Below, one piece after another: positions 30,430 through 40,961 of a stretch of DNA of 64,000 nucleotides; the stretch's first letter is position 1; each line of letters opens with the position of its first letter. The stretch is taken from positions 3,424,001-3,488,000 of the forward strand of contig CBDBZU010000004.1 in the NCBI GenBank assembly GCA_965213625.1, read 5' to 3'. The stretch is from a bacterium. Lineage in GTDB: Bacteria; UBA8248. The translations under genes were made by a program, and so were the position numbers. The notes under the pieces are model-generated. The model saw only the letters and a list, made by a program, of their open reading frames with translations, was not told the origin of the DNA and ran no database searches.

Positions 30430-31427
30430 AGCGCCGCTATATTTTTGTTCCTGTCATTCTTCTTTTCTTGAGCCTCTGGGCCGGGAAAGCGTCGGCGCAA
30501 TCGTGCACGGGGCGTTTCGTGAATCCCGTGACGGACGTTTGCTGGGAGTGCCTGTTTCCGATATCGATAGGACCGATACGTATCGGAAGCGCAACAGGAG
30601 CGCCGGACACGCCCAACCCGGGCTCCCCGATCTGCTTCTGCGGGAGTCCCATCCCACGGATCGGCCTCTCGCTGGGCGTCTGGGAGCCCGCGCGTCTTAT
30701 CGACGCGAGCCGCGCGCCCTGGTGTTTCCCGAACCTGGGCGGACTCACCATCGACGGTGGACTCCCCGCCGGACGAGGGAGAACGGGCGCATCGGGCGGG
30801 GATGGCGCTCAGGGCTCCACCTGGCACGTCCACTACTACGTCTACCCCCTGCTCTCGTGGATCGGGGCTTTGATCGATCTCGGCTGTCTCGAAGGCGGCG
30901 GTCTCGACATCGCCTGGATATCCGAACTCGACCCCACCTGGCGCGACGATGAGCTCTCGTTTCTGCTGAACCCCGAAGCCGCGCTCTTCGCGGACCTCCC
31001 CGCCCAGGCGGCGTGCGCCGCGGACTGCGCGGCGGCGTCCGCAGGACTCCCGCTCGATCCCTTGTACTGGTGCGCGGGCTGCCAGGGCGCGATGTACCCC
31101 CTGACCGGCAACGTGGGCGCCCACGTGGGCGGCGTGCAGGCATCTCTCCTCGCCGCGCAAAGGCTCCTCTTCCGCCTGCACCGAGGGCTTCTAGCATGGG
31201 GCACGTCGGGCTCGGCCGCCCTTTGCGGCCGCTACCCCATGCCCATCATGAAGAAATCACAGTACCGCTGGCAGATGACCCAGCCGGTCCCCGCCACCTC
31301 GGCGCTCACCGGCTGCAACCCCACGGGCCGCTCCACCGTGCTCTGGGAGACGCTCAGGGAACTGCCGGTCGCGGGCGAGAACTTCGGCTATCTCCTCTGG
31401 CGCAAGCGCAACTGCTGCCTCTTGTAA
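30426..31427 (+). CDS. traU: F-type TraU
   Basis: NPVTDVCWECLFPISIG, SELDPTW, WRKRNCC. Confidence 0.95.
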   Translation: MKRRYIFVPVILLFLSLWAGKASAQSCTGRFVNPVTDVCWECLFPISIGPIRIGSATGAPDTPNPGSPICFCGSPIPRIGLSLGVWEPARLIDASRAPWCFPNLGGLTIDGGLPAGRGRTGASGGDGAQGSTWHVHYYVYPLLSWIGALIDLGCLEGGGLDIAWISELDPTWRDDELSFLLNPEAALFADLPAQAACAADCAAASAGLPLDPLYWCAGCQGAMYPLTGNVGAHVGGVQASLLAAQRLLFRLHRGLLAWGTSGSAALCGRYPMPIMKKSQYRWQMTQPVPATSALTGCNPTGRSTVLWETLRELPVAGENFGYLLWRKRNCCLL

Positions 31428-31437
31428 GGATTTTGAT

Positions 31438-32157
31438 ATGGGCAGACATCAGATACATGCGACCACAACCATAGCCTTGCTTGTTTGCGCCTTTCTGACA
31501 GCGGGGTGGGCCGCTCCGGCCGATTCCCAGGAGAAGCCCTCGGAGGCGGCGAAAAAGATAGTGGGTCATGTCCTGAAGAAAGAAGAAAAATCCCCCTTGA
31601 AGGACCTGAACGCATGGTCGCGCTCCGTGCTCGAACGCGCTCTGGAGCGCACCGGGAAAAACACCCCGGAAACCCCGGCCCCCCTCCCGGCGGAAAGCCG
31701 CGCCGGGAGCCTGGCGGAGAATCTGTCAACGCCTCCGCGAGGTCCCGAAGTCATCGTTTTCATGAGTCTATCGGTTCCCGCAGCGGCCTGGCGGGAATGG
31801 AGCCTGGAGGCGGCGCGGATCGGAGCGCCGCTGGTGCTGCGAGGAGTCGAACCCCAAGGACTCAGGGCCACCGTAAAACGCGTCGAGGCGCATCTCCAGG
31901 AAAATACCGGCGCCGCAATCGACCCGCGCCTGTTCCGGCTGTTCGGTATCAAAGCGGTTCCGGCCGTAGCGGTCGTACCGGGCGGCGTCCCGGCGTGTAA
32001 GAGCCGGGGTTGTTCGGCGGACCCCGCGCCGCCCCACGACCACGTGAGGGGCAACGTGGGCCTCGATGCCGCGCTTCAGATCGTCGCCTATGAGGGCGGT
32101 CCTGGCCGGAAGACGGCGCGGCATTATCTCGGGAAACTCAGGGGAGATCACCAGTGA
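31438..32157 (+). CDS. trbC: F-type TrbC
   Basis: IVFMSLSVP, LVLRG, IDPRLFRLFGIKAVPA. Confidence 0.9.
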   Translation: MGRHQIHATTTIALLVCAFLTAGWAAPADSQEKPSEAAKKIVGHVLKKEEKSPLKDLNAWSRSVLERALERTGKNTPETPAPLPAESRAGSLAENLSTPPRGPEVIVFMSLSVPAAAWREWSLEAARIGAPLVLRGVEPQGLRATVKRVEAHLQENTGAAIDPRLFRLFGIKAVPAVAVVPGGVPACKSRGCSADPAPPHDHVRGNVGLDAALQIVAYEGGPGRKTARHYLGKLRGDHQ

Positions 32158-33230
32158 AGCGATACGCCAAAATGAAGGTCGTCATCCTGTTCCTGCTCAT
32201 CCTGGCGCACATGTCAGCGGGCGGCTCGCGCGCCGAAGACCCGAAGGCGGCCGCCCGCGTCTTGGGCGATGCGGGACGTGCAGCGGCGGCCGCGCTGGCG
32301 CGGGACCCGGCCTCGACGTCAAAAGTGCCAGGCTATGCCGGTACGAACGTATCGGAGCGTGACCTGGGCGCGACCGATCTGGAAGACGCCGCGAACGCGG
32401 TTTTAGGCGAACCCGACGACCCGGGCGGCCAAGCCGGTCGCGCCGTGATCGAGGGCGTGACAACGCGTCCGGACGAATCGGTCGCACCGGAGGATCCGAT
32501 CACAGGGCGCGCCGGGGAGGTACAGGGCGATCCGGGGGCTTCCCGCTTTGGAGCGTCGGGCCTGGCGTCGGGGTCTGTATCGGACTGCGGCGCGGGACTC
32601 GATCAGGCCGAATCGGGCGGCGCCTGCGGCTCGGTCTCCTGGTGCGTGGGTGCCGATTGTGAATCCACGGCCGTACAGGCGAATACGGGGTTCATCGACT
32701 CGACCGCAAAGCTCAACATGGTGATGGAACTCGGCGGCGAGGAGTTCGACCGGGGGAATCTTCTCTTCTTCCGGGGAGAGAGGCGTTCGTGCCGGATACG
32801 GTGGGGCGGACTCGCCGATTGCTGCAAGGATTCGGGGCTGCTCATCGGTCTCGGCAACTGCACGGAGTCAGAGCGCCTCCTCGCGCAGGAGCGCCACGCC
32901 GGGAACACGCACTACCTAGGCGTGCGGTGCGCGAAGCGGATCTTCGGCGTCTGTGTGCGCAAGGAGCGGGTCTGGTGCGTCTTCGGCTCCAAGCTCGGCC
33001 GCATCCTGCAGGAGGCGGCGCGGTCGCAACTCGGAATCGGCTGGGGCAGTTGCCGGGGCTTCACCGTCTCGGAGATGGAACGGATCGACTTCGAGGCCGT
33101 GGATTTGTCGGAGTTCACCGAAAACCTCATGGACGGGGCGAGCGAACCATCCATTGCGCTCCCCGAATCCGGGGATACCGGCTACTTGATGAGGGAGCGC
33201 ATACGCGATTTCTATACGAGGAACGAGTGA
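32154..33230 (+). CDS. traN: Mating-pair stabilization TraN (short form)
   Basis: Cys-rich C-terminus DCCK...WCVFGSKLGRILQE...CRGFT...IDF. Confidence 0.9.
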   Translation: MKRYAKMKVVILFLLILAHMSAGGSRAEDPKAAARVLGDAGRAAAAALARDPASTSKVPGYAGTNVSERDLGATDLEDAANAVLGEPDDPGGQAGRAVIEGVTTRPDESVAPEDPITGRAGEVQGDPGASRFGASGLASGSVSDCGAGLDQAESGGACGSVSWCVGADCESTAVQANTGFIDSTAKLNMVMELGGEEFDRGNLLFFRGERRSCRIRWGGLADCCKDSGLLIGLGNCTESERLLAQERHAGNTHYLGVRCAKRIFGVCVRKERVWCVFGSKLGRILQEAARSQLGIGWGSCRGFTVSEMERIDFEAVDLSEFTENLMDGASEPSIALPESGDTGYLMRERIRDFYTRNE

Positions 33231-33239
33231 AGGGAGACC

Positions 33240-34037
33240 ATGATAACCACATACACATTCATTCTCGTCGGCCTTATCTCGCTACTATCGGGCCCGCAGG
33301 CCGAAGCGCGGGAATGGCGCGCCTGGTGCGGTGTGGAAGCTCCCCTCGGCTGGCACTTCTATTGCGACCGCGATGAAGAGTTGGATAACGGAGCGCCTGC
33401 GGCGAAAGCCTCGCCTCCCGGCCAACCAAAAAGCGCCCAGGAACGCATCCAGACGATGCGCAAGGCGCTCGAAGACGCCCGCGCGCAGGCAATCCTGGAA
33501 CCGACTCCGGGGAACGTCACAGCCTACCTCCGCCTGCAGCAGAAGGCGCTGCAATCCGCCGCCGCGTTCTCGGACGCCTTCAGGCGCGCGGTCTGGGCGA
33601 ACCCGGGTCTGGACTACACGCTGAGACGCCCCGTGGGTGCGCTCGCCAAGAGGCTCTGGGCCGAGGAACGAAGAGCTGAGCGCGACGCCGCCCTTGCACG
33701 TCTCGGGGAGCGCTACGGACTCATCTACCTGGGATCGGAAAAATGTCCGGCGTGCCGCGTATTCGGGCCACTGCTCCGCGCCTTCGCGCTTCGGCACGGA
33801 CTCGAAGTCCTCGCCGTATCGACCACGGGAGGGCCTCTTGAGGGCTGGCCCGAGGCGGTGCCCGACGCGGGTCGCGCCGAGCGCCTGGGCATCAAGGCCC
33901 CGGTGCTTCCTGCCCTCATCCTCTACGACACGAAGAGGAGGCGTACGATGCCCGTCTCATACGGCGTGGTCGCCGAGGACCAGCTGGCCGAGCGCATCTT
34001 CACCCTGACCGCAAGGGAGGTCGGCAGTGACTACTAG
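33240..34037 (+). CDS. traF: F-type TraF (thioredoxin-like)
   Basis: GWHFYCD, AILEPT, CPAC. Confidence 0.92.
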   Translation: MITTYTFILVGLISLLSGPQAEAREWRAWCGVEAPLGWHFYCDRDEELDNGAPAAKASPPGQPKSAQERIQTMRKALEDARAQAILEPTPGNVTAYLRLQQKALQSAAAFSDAFRRAVWANPGLDYTLRRPVGALAKRLWAEERRAERDAALARLGERYGLIYLGSEKCPACRVFGPLLRAFALRHGLEVLAVSTTGGPLEGWPEAVPDAGRAERLGIKAPVLPALILYDTKRRRTMPVSYGVVAEDQLAERIFTLTAREVGSDY

Positions 34038-35439
34038 ACGAAATTTCATGCTGTTCATCATGGGAGCCGCGTTCTTATTTGCTGCCCCCGCCCGCGCGGA
34101 CGTCCTGTCGGAAATGGAGAACTTCTGGCGGGGCGCGGCCGTGAACACGACCGGGCCCACCGCCTTCGACGGCCAGGCTTCGGGCCACTGGACGCTGGGT
34201 AATTTGTACCTGCGCGCGCCCGTGCGCTCGGAATCGATCGCCACGGTGAGCCTTCCCTCATACCGCGCCGGCTGCGGGGGCATCGACGCGTTCGCGGGAG
34301 CGTTTTCCTTCATCGATTCCGACCAGATGATCGCCTTCGCGCGCGCCGTGGCGCAGAACGCGGCGGGCTTCGCCTTCGAATTGGCGCTCGAGACCATCTC
34401 GCCCGTGATCGCCGAGACGATGTCGAAGCTGCGGGCGCTCGCCCAGTGGGTGAACAACCAGAACGTGAACTCCTGCGAGACCGCTCAGGCCCTAGTCGGC
34501 GCCGTCTGGTCCAAGAACGACCGGGCGAGTGCGGCCATCTGCGCCGCGATCGGGACCAGGCAGGGGATTTTTTCGGACTACGCCGCCGCCCGCCACGGTT
34601 GCGGCGCGGACGGGAAACGCCACTCGACCCTGGCCGCGGCCACGGGGCCGCTGAAGGAACAGGCGCCGGTCAACGTGAACTACGCCTGGCGTGCGGTCAG
34701 GGCCTCGGGCTTACTGGCGTCTGACCGCGACCTGGGCGAATTCGCCATGTCGGTCGCAGGATCGATCATCGTGACCGCCCCTGTCACCGACGCCGATTCT
34801 ACCGGTCCCCGGGTGCGCGTGCTCGAACCCCTGGCGCTCGACAGGAGGGTGACCGAGGTGCTGATGGAAGGGGGCGGCGATCTGCCGGTCTACCGCTGCG
34901 ACACACCCGTCGAGTGTCTCAACCCCACGCTCGGACGCCTCACGGTGCCCGCGGCGCGGGGTTTCAGGAGCCGTGTCGCGGAACTGCTCAGACGCCTGGT
35001 GGACGCGGTGCGGACGGACACGGCGCCTCCGGCTGACGCCCTGGGACTCGTCAACCTCACGACGCTGCCCGTCTACCGGCTCATCAACGCGGCCGCCGCC
35101 TACCGGGGCGCCGTGGTGGAACAGGAAGTGGACGCCCTCGCCGAAGCCGTGGCGCTCGACGTGCTCCAGGTATGGATATCGGATCTTCACCGGGCGATCG
35201 AGGAGCGCGCGGGCTCGATGGACGTCGCGGACGGCGAGCGTCTCGCGCGCTGGCGCGAGGGACTTCGACAAAACCGCACCGCCCTCGCGCGCCACCGGAA
35301 CGAGGGACTCAAACGCTTCAACACCGCCCTCGCCGTGGTCGAAAAACTCCGCCTCATCGAGACGGAACTCAGCGGTGCGCTCTCGGCCGACCTGAGAGCG
35401 GCGCTCGCCTTCTCGCGCGGCGCAGCGGGCGCAAGATAG
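34027..35439 (+). CDS. traH: F-type TraH
   Basis: PSYRAGCGGIDAFAGAFSFI, NSCETAQALV. Confidence 0.95.
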   Translation: MTTRRNFMLFIMGAAFLFAAPARADVLSEMENFWRGAAVNTTGPTAFDGQASGHWTLGNLYLRAPVRSESIATVSLPSYRAGCGGIDAFAGAFSFIDSDQMIAFARAVAQNAAGFAFELALETISPVIAETMSKLRALAQWVNNQNVNSCETAQALVGAVWSKNDRASAAICAAIGTRQGIFSDYAAARHGCGADGKRHSTLAAATGPLKEQAPVNVNYAWRAVRASGLLASDRDLGEFAMSVAGSIIVTAPVTDADSTGPRVRVLEPLALDRRVTEVLMEGGGDLPVYRCDTPVECLNPTLGRLTVPAARGFRSRVAELLRRLVDAVRTDTAPPADALGLVNLTTLPVYRLINAAAAYRGAVVEQEVDALAEAVALDVLQVWISDLHRAIEERAGSMDVADGERLARWREGLRQNRTALARHRNEGLKRFNTALAVVEKLRLIETELSGALSADLRAALAFSRGAAGAR

Positions 35440-35449
35440 GGATACCCCC

Positions 35450-38377
35450 ATGTACGAGATATTCACGCTGGGAGGCGGGACCTACCTGGTCGACCTCTTA
35501 AACGCCGTCGCCGCCATCACGGGAGGCGGCGCCTTCGTGACGCTGGCGCAGATCGCGGGGGTCACGGGACTCGCCTGGGCGCTCTTCCGCACCGCTTTCG
35601 GGGGGTCATGGAAGGACAACGCCAAATGGCTCCTCGTCTTCACATGTGTCTGGGGCGCGCTGGTGGTCCCGAAGGGAACGGTGCGCGTGGTGGACAGGCT
35701 GGACCCCGCGCTCGCGCCGGCGGTGGTTGCGAACGTGCCGCTGGGCCTGGCGCTGTTCGCCTCGCTCACGAGCCGGGTGGGAGACGGGTTAACGCGCCTG
35801 ACCGAACAGGCCTTCTCCCTACCGAACGACCTGGCCTACCGCAGGCACGGGCTCATCTTCGGCGCCAGACTCGCGGCCGCAACGACCCGGATGGAGGTCA
35901 CCGACGCCGTCTTCGCGAGGAACATGAGAGCCTACGCCCGGCAGTGCGTGTTCCACGCCCTGCTTTTGGGGCACATATCGGCGGATGACCTGCGCGAGAG
36001 CACGGACCTCTGGACGCTCGTCACTGCCTCGGGTTCTCCCTCGGCGGGCACCTCGCCCGCGCGCATGGTGGAATACGCGAGTCGGGGCGCGGCCTCGGGC
36101 ACGGGAGCAACGACGCTTAATCGCGCGATCGTGACCTGCGCCACCGCCGCGTCCCGCCTCGACGCGCTGTGGGGGGCGGAGATAACGCGCGCCTCGGGCG
36201 TATTCGGGATGAGGCTCTTCCCGGGGGCCGCGAGCGAGGCGCTCGCGCGGGCGGAACTCATGGCGGCGCTGCCGGCGACGCACGATTTCCTGATCGGGGC
36301 ATCGAGATCTGCGGCCGAGGTGCTCCGCCAGCAGATGGTGCTGAACGCCATGCACGACGCGGGCGAGCAGTGGAATGCGGAGGCGGGGAACGCCGCTGCG
36401 CTGAGGTCCTACACCGAAGCCCGCGCCGAGGCGCAGACCGTATCCGCCTACCGGGCGATCGGGAGACAGGCGGAGACCTGGGTCCCCATGCTGCGCATCG
36501 TATTCGAGTGCCTCTACGTGGGCGCGTTCCCGATGGCGGTCCTGTTGATGCTGACGCCTGCGGGCGGCGCGATATTCCGCTCCTACTTCTCGGGTCTGGT
36601 GTGGCTGCAGAGCTGGGGTCCGCTCTACGCGATACTGCACCGTGTCGCTATGGGCGAGGCGGCGGAGCGCATGGGTGCGGCCGCCCTCATGCCGGGCGGG
36701 GACGTCGGCGTTTCGCTCGTGGCCCAGGCGGGTATCCGGGCCGTGGCTTCAGACGTGGCCGTGATGTCGGGTTACCTCTCGATGTCGGTGCCCTTCCTCG
36801 CCGCGGCCCTGGCCTACGGTGTCGGCCGCGCGACCTCGCTCGCCACTTCGGTCCTCTCGGTCGGACAGGAGGCCGCCTCGTCCGCTGCCCAGGAAGGCAC
36901 CACGGGCAACATCTCGCTCGGTAACACGAGCGCGGACACGCACCGCTTCGCCTCGGTCGAGGGTCACCAGGTCAGGACCTCCGCTCAGGTGGACTCCGGC
37001 CGCTACACCGGCTTCGCTCCCGGCGGCGCGGCCTTCACCGTGACCGGGGAGGGCGCCGCCGTGATGGACGCGAGTTCCGCCACGAGCCGGGTGCCGGCAG
37101 CGGGCGTCAGGCTCTCCGAGTCCCTGGCTGTGAGCCACGAAGCACGGGCGGGCGAAGCCGTCGAGCAGGCCCGTCACTTCTCGGCCGAGGCCGCCGCCGC
37201 GCGGACGGCTGCAGCGACCGATTCCGCCGCCATGGTCGAGCGGTTCGCACGCGACGTGAGAAGCGGAATCACCCACGCGCGGGGGGTGACCGAGAGTGAG
37301 AACGCGGGCGCGCAGCGCCTCGACTCCCATATCGAGAAACTCTCACAAACCGGCGGCATCACGAAGGAACAGGCGGCCGGCCTCACGAGCGAGGCCAGGG
37401 TGGGAGGCGGCTTCGATTTTATCGTCAAGGTAGGCGCCGACGGCTCGGCGAGCTGGCGGGGACAGACCATCGGGCGCGAGGCCTGGAGCCGGATGAAAGA
37501 CTACGCGGGACAAAGCGGATTATTGGACCTCTGGTCGCGCGTGGCGGACGCCTCGAGGCGCTACACAACAGCGTCGGGCGAGAGCGAGATGAAGAGCCTG
37601 GAGGAGAGTTTCGGGTCAAACCTCACGCGCATGCGGCGCTTCTCCGAGCAGGAGGCGGTGAGCCGCAGGGAGGCGGAAAACTGGAGCACACAGGCGACCG
37701 AGGTGCGCGCGAACGCGCGATCGATAGAGAGCGAACTCGGACAGCCTTTCTTCGCCTGGCTCGCGGCGCAAAAGGGCGCTGACGGTCGCGAGATAGGCGC
37801 CGCGGGCGCGATGCGCCTGGCCTCGCCCCAGACGACGGAAGACGCGGAAGTGCTGCGCGCTTATGCCGCCGCCTTCATTGCCGAGCGTTTCCCGGCGGGA
37901 GAGGGACCGGAGCCTGCGCCTGATCGGGCGGATTACGAGCGGGCGCGGGATGGCTTGCGCGACGCGGACGGGACGGAGACAGCCTGGGAAGAAGGGTCGG
38001 CATCGGTGCGCGAACGCGCGCGCGGCAGGGGTGCGCCCATGCCGGGCGGCGCAGGGGGGCGGGCCGCGCGCGGGCGTGAGGAGATTGAGACAGAACTGGA
38101 CATCAGGGAGGCGGGACGAACGGCCCGCGCAGGCGTGGCGGGAGAATCCATCGATTCCGGGCGCCCGAAGGTGGAGGCGGAGACCGAAAAACCCCTCGGT
38201 GAGCACGTCGTCAGGGACTTGCCCGTCGTTGGCGAATGGCTGGGCGGAACTCTCTACGGCACGGCGCGGAACGCGGCGCCCGGTGGGGATGAGAGGAAAG
38301 CCGTGTCCGAACCGGAGAGGAAGAAAGAAAGCGGTGGCAGAAGCGCCTTTTCGGGCGATCAGGTGATGGGGCCGTGA
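35450..38377 (+). CDS. traG: F-type TraG
   Basis: MYEIFTLGGG, VANVPLGLA, WLQSWGPLYAILH; 975 aa. Confidence 0.95.
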   Translation: MYEIFTLGGGTYLVDLLNAVAAITGGGAFVTLAQIAGVTGLAWALFRTAFGGSWKDNAKWLLVFTCVWGALVVPKGTVRVVDRLDPALAPAVVANVPLGLALFASLTSRVGDGLTRLTEQAFSLPNDLAYRRHGLIFGARLAAATTRMEVTDAVFARNMRAYARQCVFHALLLGHISADDLRESTDLWTLVTASGSPSAGTSPARMVEYASRGAASGTGATTLNRAIVTCATAASRLDALWGAEITRASGVFGMRLFPGAASEALARAELMAALPATHDFLIGASRSAAEVLRQQMVLNAMHDAGEQWNAEAGNAAALRSYTEARAEAQTVSAYRAIGRQAETWVPMLRIVFECLYVGAFPMAVLLMLTPAGGAIFRSYFSGLVWLQSWGPLYAILHRVAMGEAAERMGAAALMPGGDVGVSLVAQAGIRAVASDVAVMSGYLSMSVPFLAAALAYGVGRATSLATSVLSVGQEAASSAAQEGTTGNISLGNTSADTHRFASVEGHQVRTSAQVDSGRYTGFAPGGAAFTVTGEGAAVMDASSATSRVPAAGVRLSESLAVSHEARAGEAVEQARHFSAEAAAARTAAATDSAAMVERFARDVRSGITHARGVTESENAGAQRLDSHIEKLSQTGGITKEQAAGLTSEARVGGGFDFIVKVGADGSASWRGQTIGREAWSRMKDYAGQSGLLDLWSRVADASRRYTTASGESEMKSLEESFGSNLTRMRRFSEQEAVSRREAENWSTQATEVRANARSIESELGQPFFAWLAAQKGADGREIGAAGAMRLASPQTTEDAEVLRAYAAAFIAERFPAGEGPEPAPDRADYERARDGLRDADGTETAWEEGSASVRERARGRGAPMPGGAGGRAARGREEIETELDIREAGRTARAGVAGESIDSGRPKVEAETEKPLGEHVVRDLPVVGEWLGGTLYGTARNAAPGGDERKAVSEPERKKESGGRSAFSGDQVMGP

Positions 38378-38706
38378 CCGGGATGGTCGTCATGGGCGTG
38401 GAGTTCGTTTTCCTCATCATCCCGGCGCCAGGCGTAGCGCCCCGATCGGGTCTCCCATTCGAAGCGATCCGGGTTCCGCTCGGGGGGCGCGTAGCCGGTA
38501 AAGGGGGACACGTCGCCGCGGCATGCCCGCCGCAGGGCGCCCGCAAGCGCCGTGAGAAAACACCAGAGCGCGGCCAGGAACCAGGCGCCCGGAATGAAGC
38601 GGAAGTCATTCCCGCCGCTAAGGGTGAAGAGAGTGTAGAGCAGCGCGAGAACGGGTCCCGCCGGGACGATGACGTGCGCGGCAGCGGATGGTCTTCGGTT
38701 TTTCAT
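38359..38706 (-). CDS. Small two-TM membrane protein convergent with traG; candidate entry-exclusion protein
   Basis: AAAGGAG RBS, two hydrophobic segments, overlaps the traG 3' end. Confidence 0.6.
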   Translation of the reverse strand: MKNRRPSAAAHVIVPAGPVLALLYTLFTLSGGNDFRFIPGAWFLAALWCFLTALAGALRRACRGDVSPFTGYAPPERNPDRFEWETRSGRYAWRRDDEENELHAHDDHPGHGPIT

Positions 38707-38873
38707 GGATGGCTCCTTTCTGGTCGTGAATCGACAGGATGCGGGCGCGGCAACCTGTCTCTCGACCCTGCACCCGCTCCCTCAGGTCTCTCTCCCCGGC
38801 CTCTGCCCGGCGCATCGCGAGGCCAGGACGCCGGCAGCACCACCATGCAGACAGTATGAAAAAGGAGAATCGA

Positions 38874-40961
38874 ATGACCATCGGAAATGCCACCCTTCGC
38901 GGCGGCCAGACGCTGCTTCACGACGCCCGGATGTGGGGCCAGCTCGCGCGCTGGGGCGTCGTGGGACTAGTACTCGCCATCGTCCTGACCCCTGCGGTGA
39001 GCCTCTTCACGACGACGAGCGCACACGAATGGCGCGTCGTGGGACTCGGGACACTCGCCGAAGCCAAGCTCGCGATCGGGTATTCCCCCGATTCGGGCCA
39101 GGTATACGAGTGGGGAGAAGGCGTGCAGGTGATCGAATCCATCTCCCTGATCGCCTCCGACCCCAGGATCGAGCGCACCAGAAGGCGGTTTCTCGCTATC
39201 ATTCATACGAAAGCGTGGCTGGGCCTCTGGCTGGGGCTCTCGTGTGTCGCCGCATTCATCGTCACCTTCTGGCTGCTGGGACGCCGCATGGCCCGCGCGC
39301 ACAGGGTGCGGGGAGCGGAGATGACGACTGCGGGAGCGCTCGCGAGACGCGTTACGCCTCTCTTCTCCCGCCTGACGGAAAGATTCTTCCCGGCCGCGTG
39401 CAAGTCCACCCCCCGCATCGCGGGCGTCCCCTGGCCCGAGCGTGCCGAAACGCAGCACACCATCGTCTCGGGCACCACGGGTTCGGGCAAGACCGTCCTG
39501 ATATCGGACATGGTCGCGCAGATACGCGCCCGGGGGGAGCGCTGCATTCTTTATGACAAGATGGGGAGCTACACGCGCGCGTTCTTCGACCCCGCACGCG
39601 ACGTACTGATGAACCCCCTCGACGCCCGTGCGCCGCGTTGGTCTCCTTTCCTGGAAGCCAGGACGCCCAGGGACTTCGACACGATGGCGGCTGCGCTCAT
39701 CCCCCAGCAGAAGGACACGGTGGACCCCTTCTGGGTCACGGCCGCGCGGCAACTGTTCGCGAACGGCGCGGGCGTCCTCTGGAAACGCGGCGTGACGGAG
39801 AACAGCGTACTCGTAAAACACCTGCTCAAGACGGAGTTGACTGCCCTCGCAGAGGCCATGGAGGGCACGGTGGCGCAGTCCATCGTGGACCCCGAGAACC
39901 CCAAGACCGCGCTCTCGGTGCGGGCCATGCTGACCGCGCACCTGGGCGCACTCGAGTGCCTGCCCGACTCAGGCGTGCCGTTCTCCATCAGGGAGTGGGT
40001 GGAGCGTGAGAAAGAGACCGGCTTCCTGTTCCTGACCTCCCGCGGGGACCAGCACGCGAGCCTGCGGGGCCTCATCTCGACCTGGCTCGAGATCGCCGTG
40101 AACGCTTTGTTGTCCCTCGGCCGGGACGACGCGCGCAGGATATGGATTGTGCTGGATGAGCTTCCCACTCTCCACCAGGTGCCGAGCCTGCAACCCGGTC
40201 TCGCCGAATCGCGCCAGTTCGGGGGGTGTTTCGTGCTGGGGGTCCAGGTGATCTCCGCCCTGCGCGATTTGTATGGGCGAAACGGCGCCGAGACCGTATC
40301 GGGTCTCTGCGGCACCCGGGTGGTGCTGGCAGCACCCGACCAGGAGACGGCACGCTGGTCGGCCGAGAGTCTCGGCCGCGGCGAGGTGACCGAATACGCG
40401 GAGGGGCTCAGCTATGGCGCCAGCGCGATGAGGGACGGCGTCTCGCTCACACAGCGCCGCGAGATGCGACCCCTGGCGCTGCCTTCCGAAATCATGCGCC
40501 TCGAGAATTTACACGGCTACCTTAAGTTCCCCGGTCCCTGGCCCGTCGCCCGGGTCAGGCTCGACTACGTGAAAAGGCCCAAAGCCGCCGAGAGCTTCAT
40601 CCCGAGAGAGGGTGCGCCGCTTCTCGAAGCAGGTGGAGCGAAAAGCGCTGAAACCGGACCCTCCGGGAAAACGCACGAGTCCAAGAGGGCGGCTGAACCC
40701 GGGGAAGCGACGAATCAGTTGGAACTCGAATTACCCGGCGATGCGACCACAAACGCTAAGCCTGAAGCCGAGCGTGAACGACCCGCTCCGCCGCCGGACG
40801 CGGGCGTGGCGTGGCCCGATCAAGCCCCCGGAACATCCGGAGCGCAACGACCCGCGGCCCACACCGCAGAAGGGGATGACGCCGGTGCGGCTGGCAGCGA
40901 TGAGCGCAACCGGCGCGAAGACGGCGAAGAGGCCGGGCCCCGCACGCCGGACTGGTTGTGA
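38874..40961 (+). CDS. traD: Type IV coupling protein TraD
   Basis: AAGGAG RBS; two TMs; GTTGSGKT; LDELPTL; ESRQFGG. Confidence 0.95.
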   Translation: MTIGNATLRGGQTLLHDARMWGQLARWGVVGLVLAIVLTPAVSLFTTTSAHEWRVVGLGTLAEAKLAIGYSPDSGQVYEWGEGVQVIESISLIASDPRIERTRRRFLAIIHTKAWLGLWLGLSCVAAFIVTFWLLGRRMARAHRVRGAEMTTAGALARRVTPLFSRLTERFFPAACKSTPRIAGVPWPERAETQHTIVSGTTGSGKTVLISDMVAQIRARGERCILYDKMGSYTRAFFDPARDVLMNPLDARAPRWSPFLEARTPRDFDTMAAALIPQQKDTVDPFWVTAARQLFANGAGVLWKRGVTENSVLVKHLLKTELTALAEAMEGTVAQSIVDPENPKTALSVRAMLTAHLGALECLPDSGVPFSIREWVEREKETGFLFLTSRGDQHASLRGLISTWLEIAVNALLSLGRDDARRIWIVLDELPTLHQVPSLQPGLAESRQFGGCFVLGVQVISALRDLYGRNGAETVSGLCGTRVVLAAPDQETARWSAESLGRGEVTEYAEGLSYGASAMRDGVSLTQRREMRPLALPSEIMRLENLHGYLKFPGPWPVARVRLDYVKRPKAAESFIPREGAPLLEAGGAKSAETGPSGKTHESKRAAEPGEATNQLELELPGDATTNAKPEAERERPAPPPDAGVAWPDQAPGTSGAQRPAAHTAEGDDAGAAGSDERNRREDGEEAGPRTPDWL

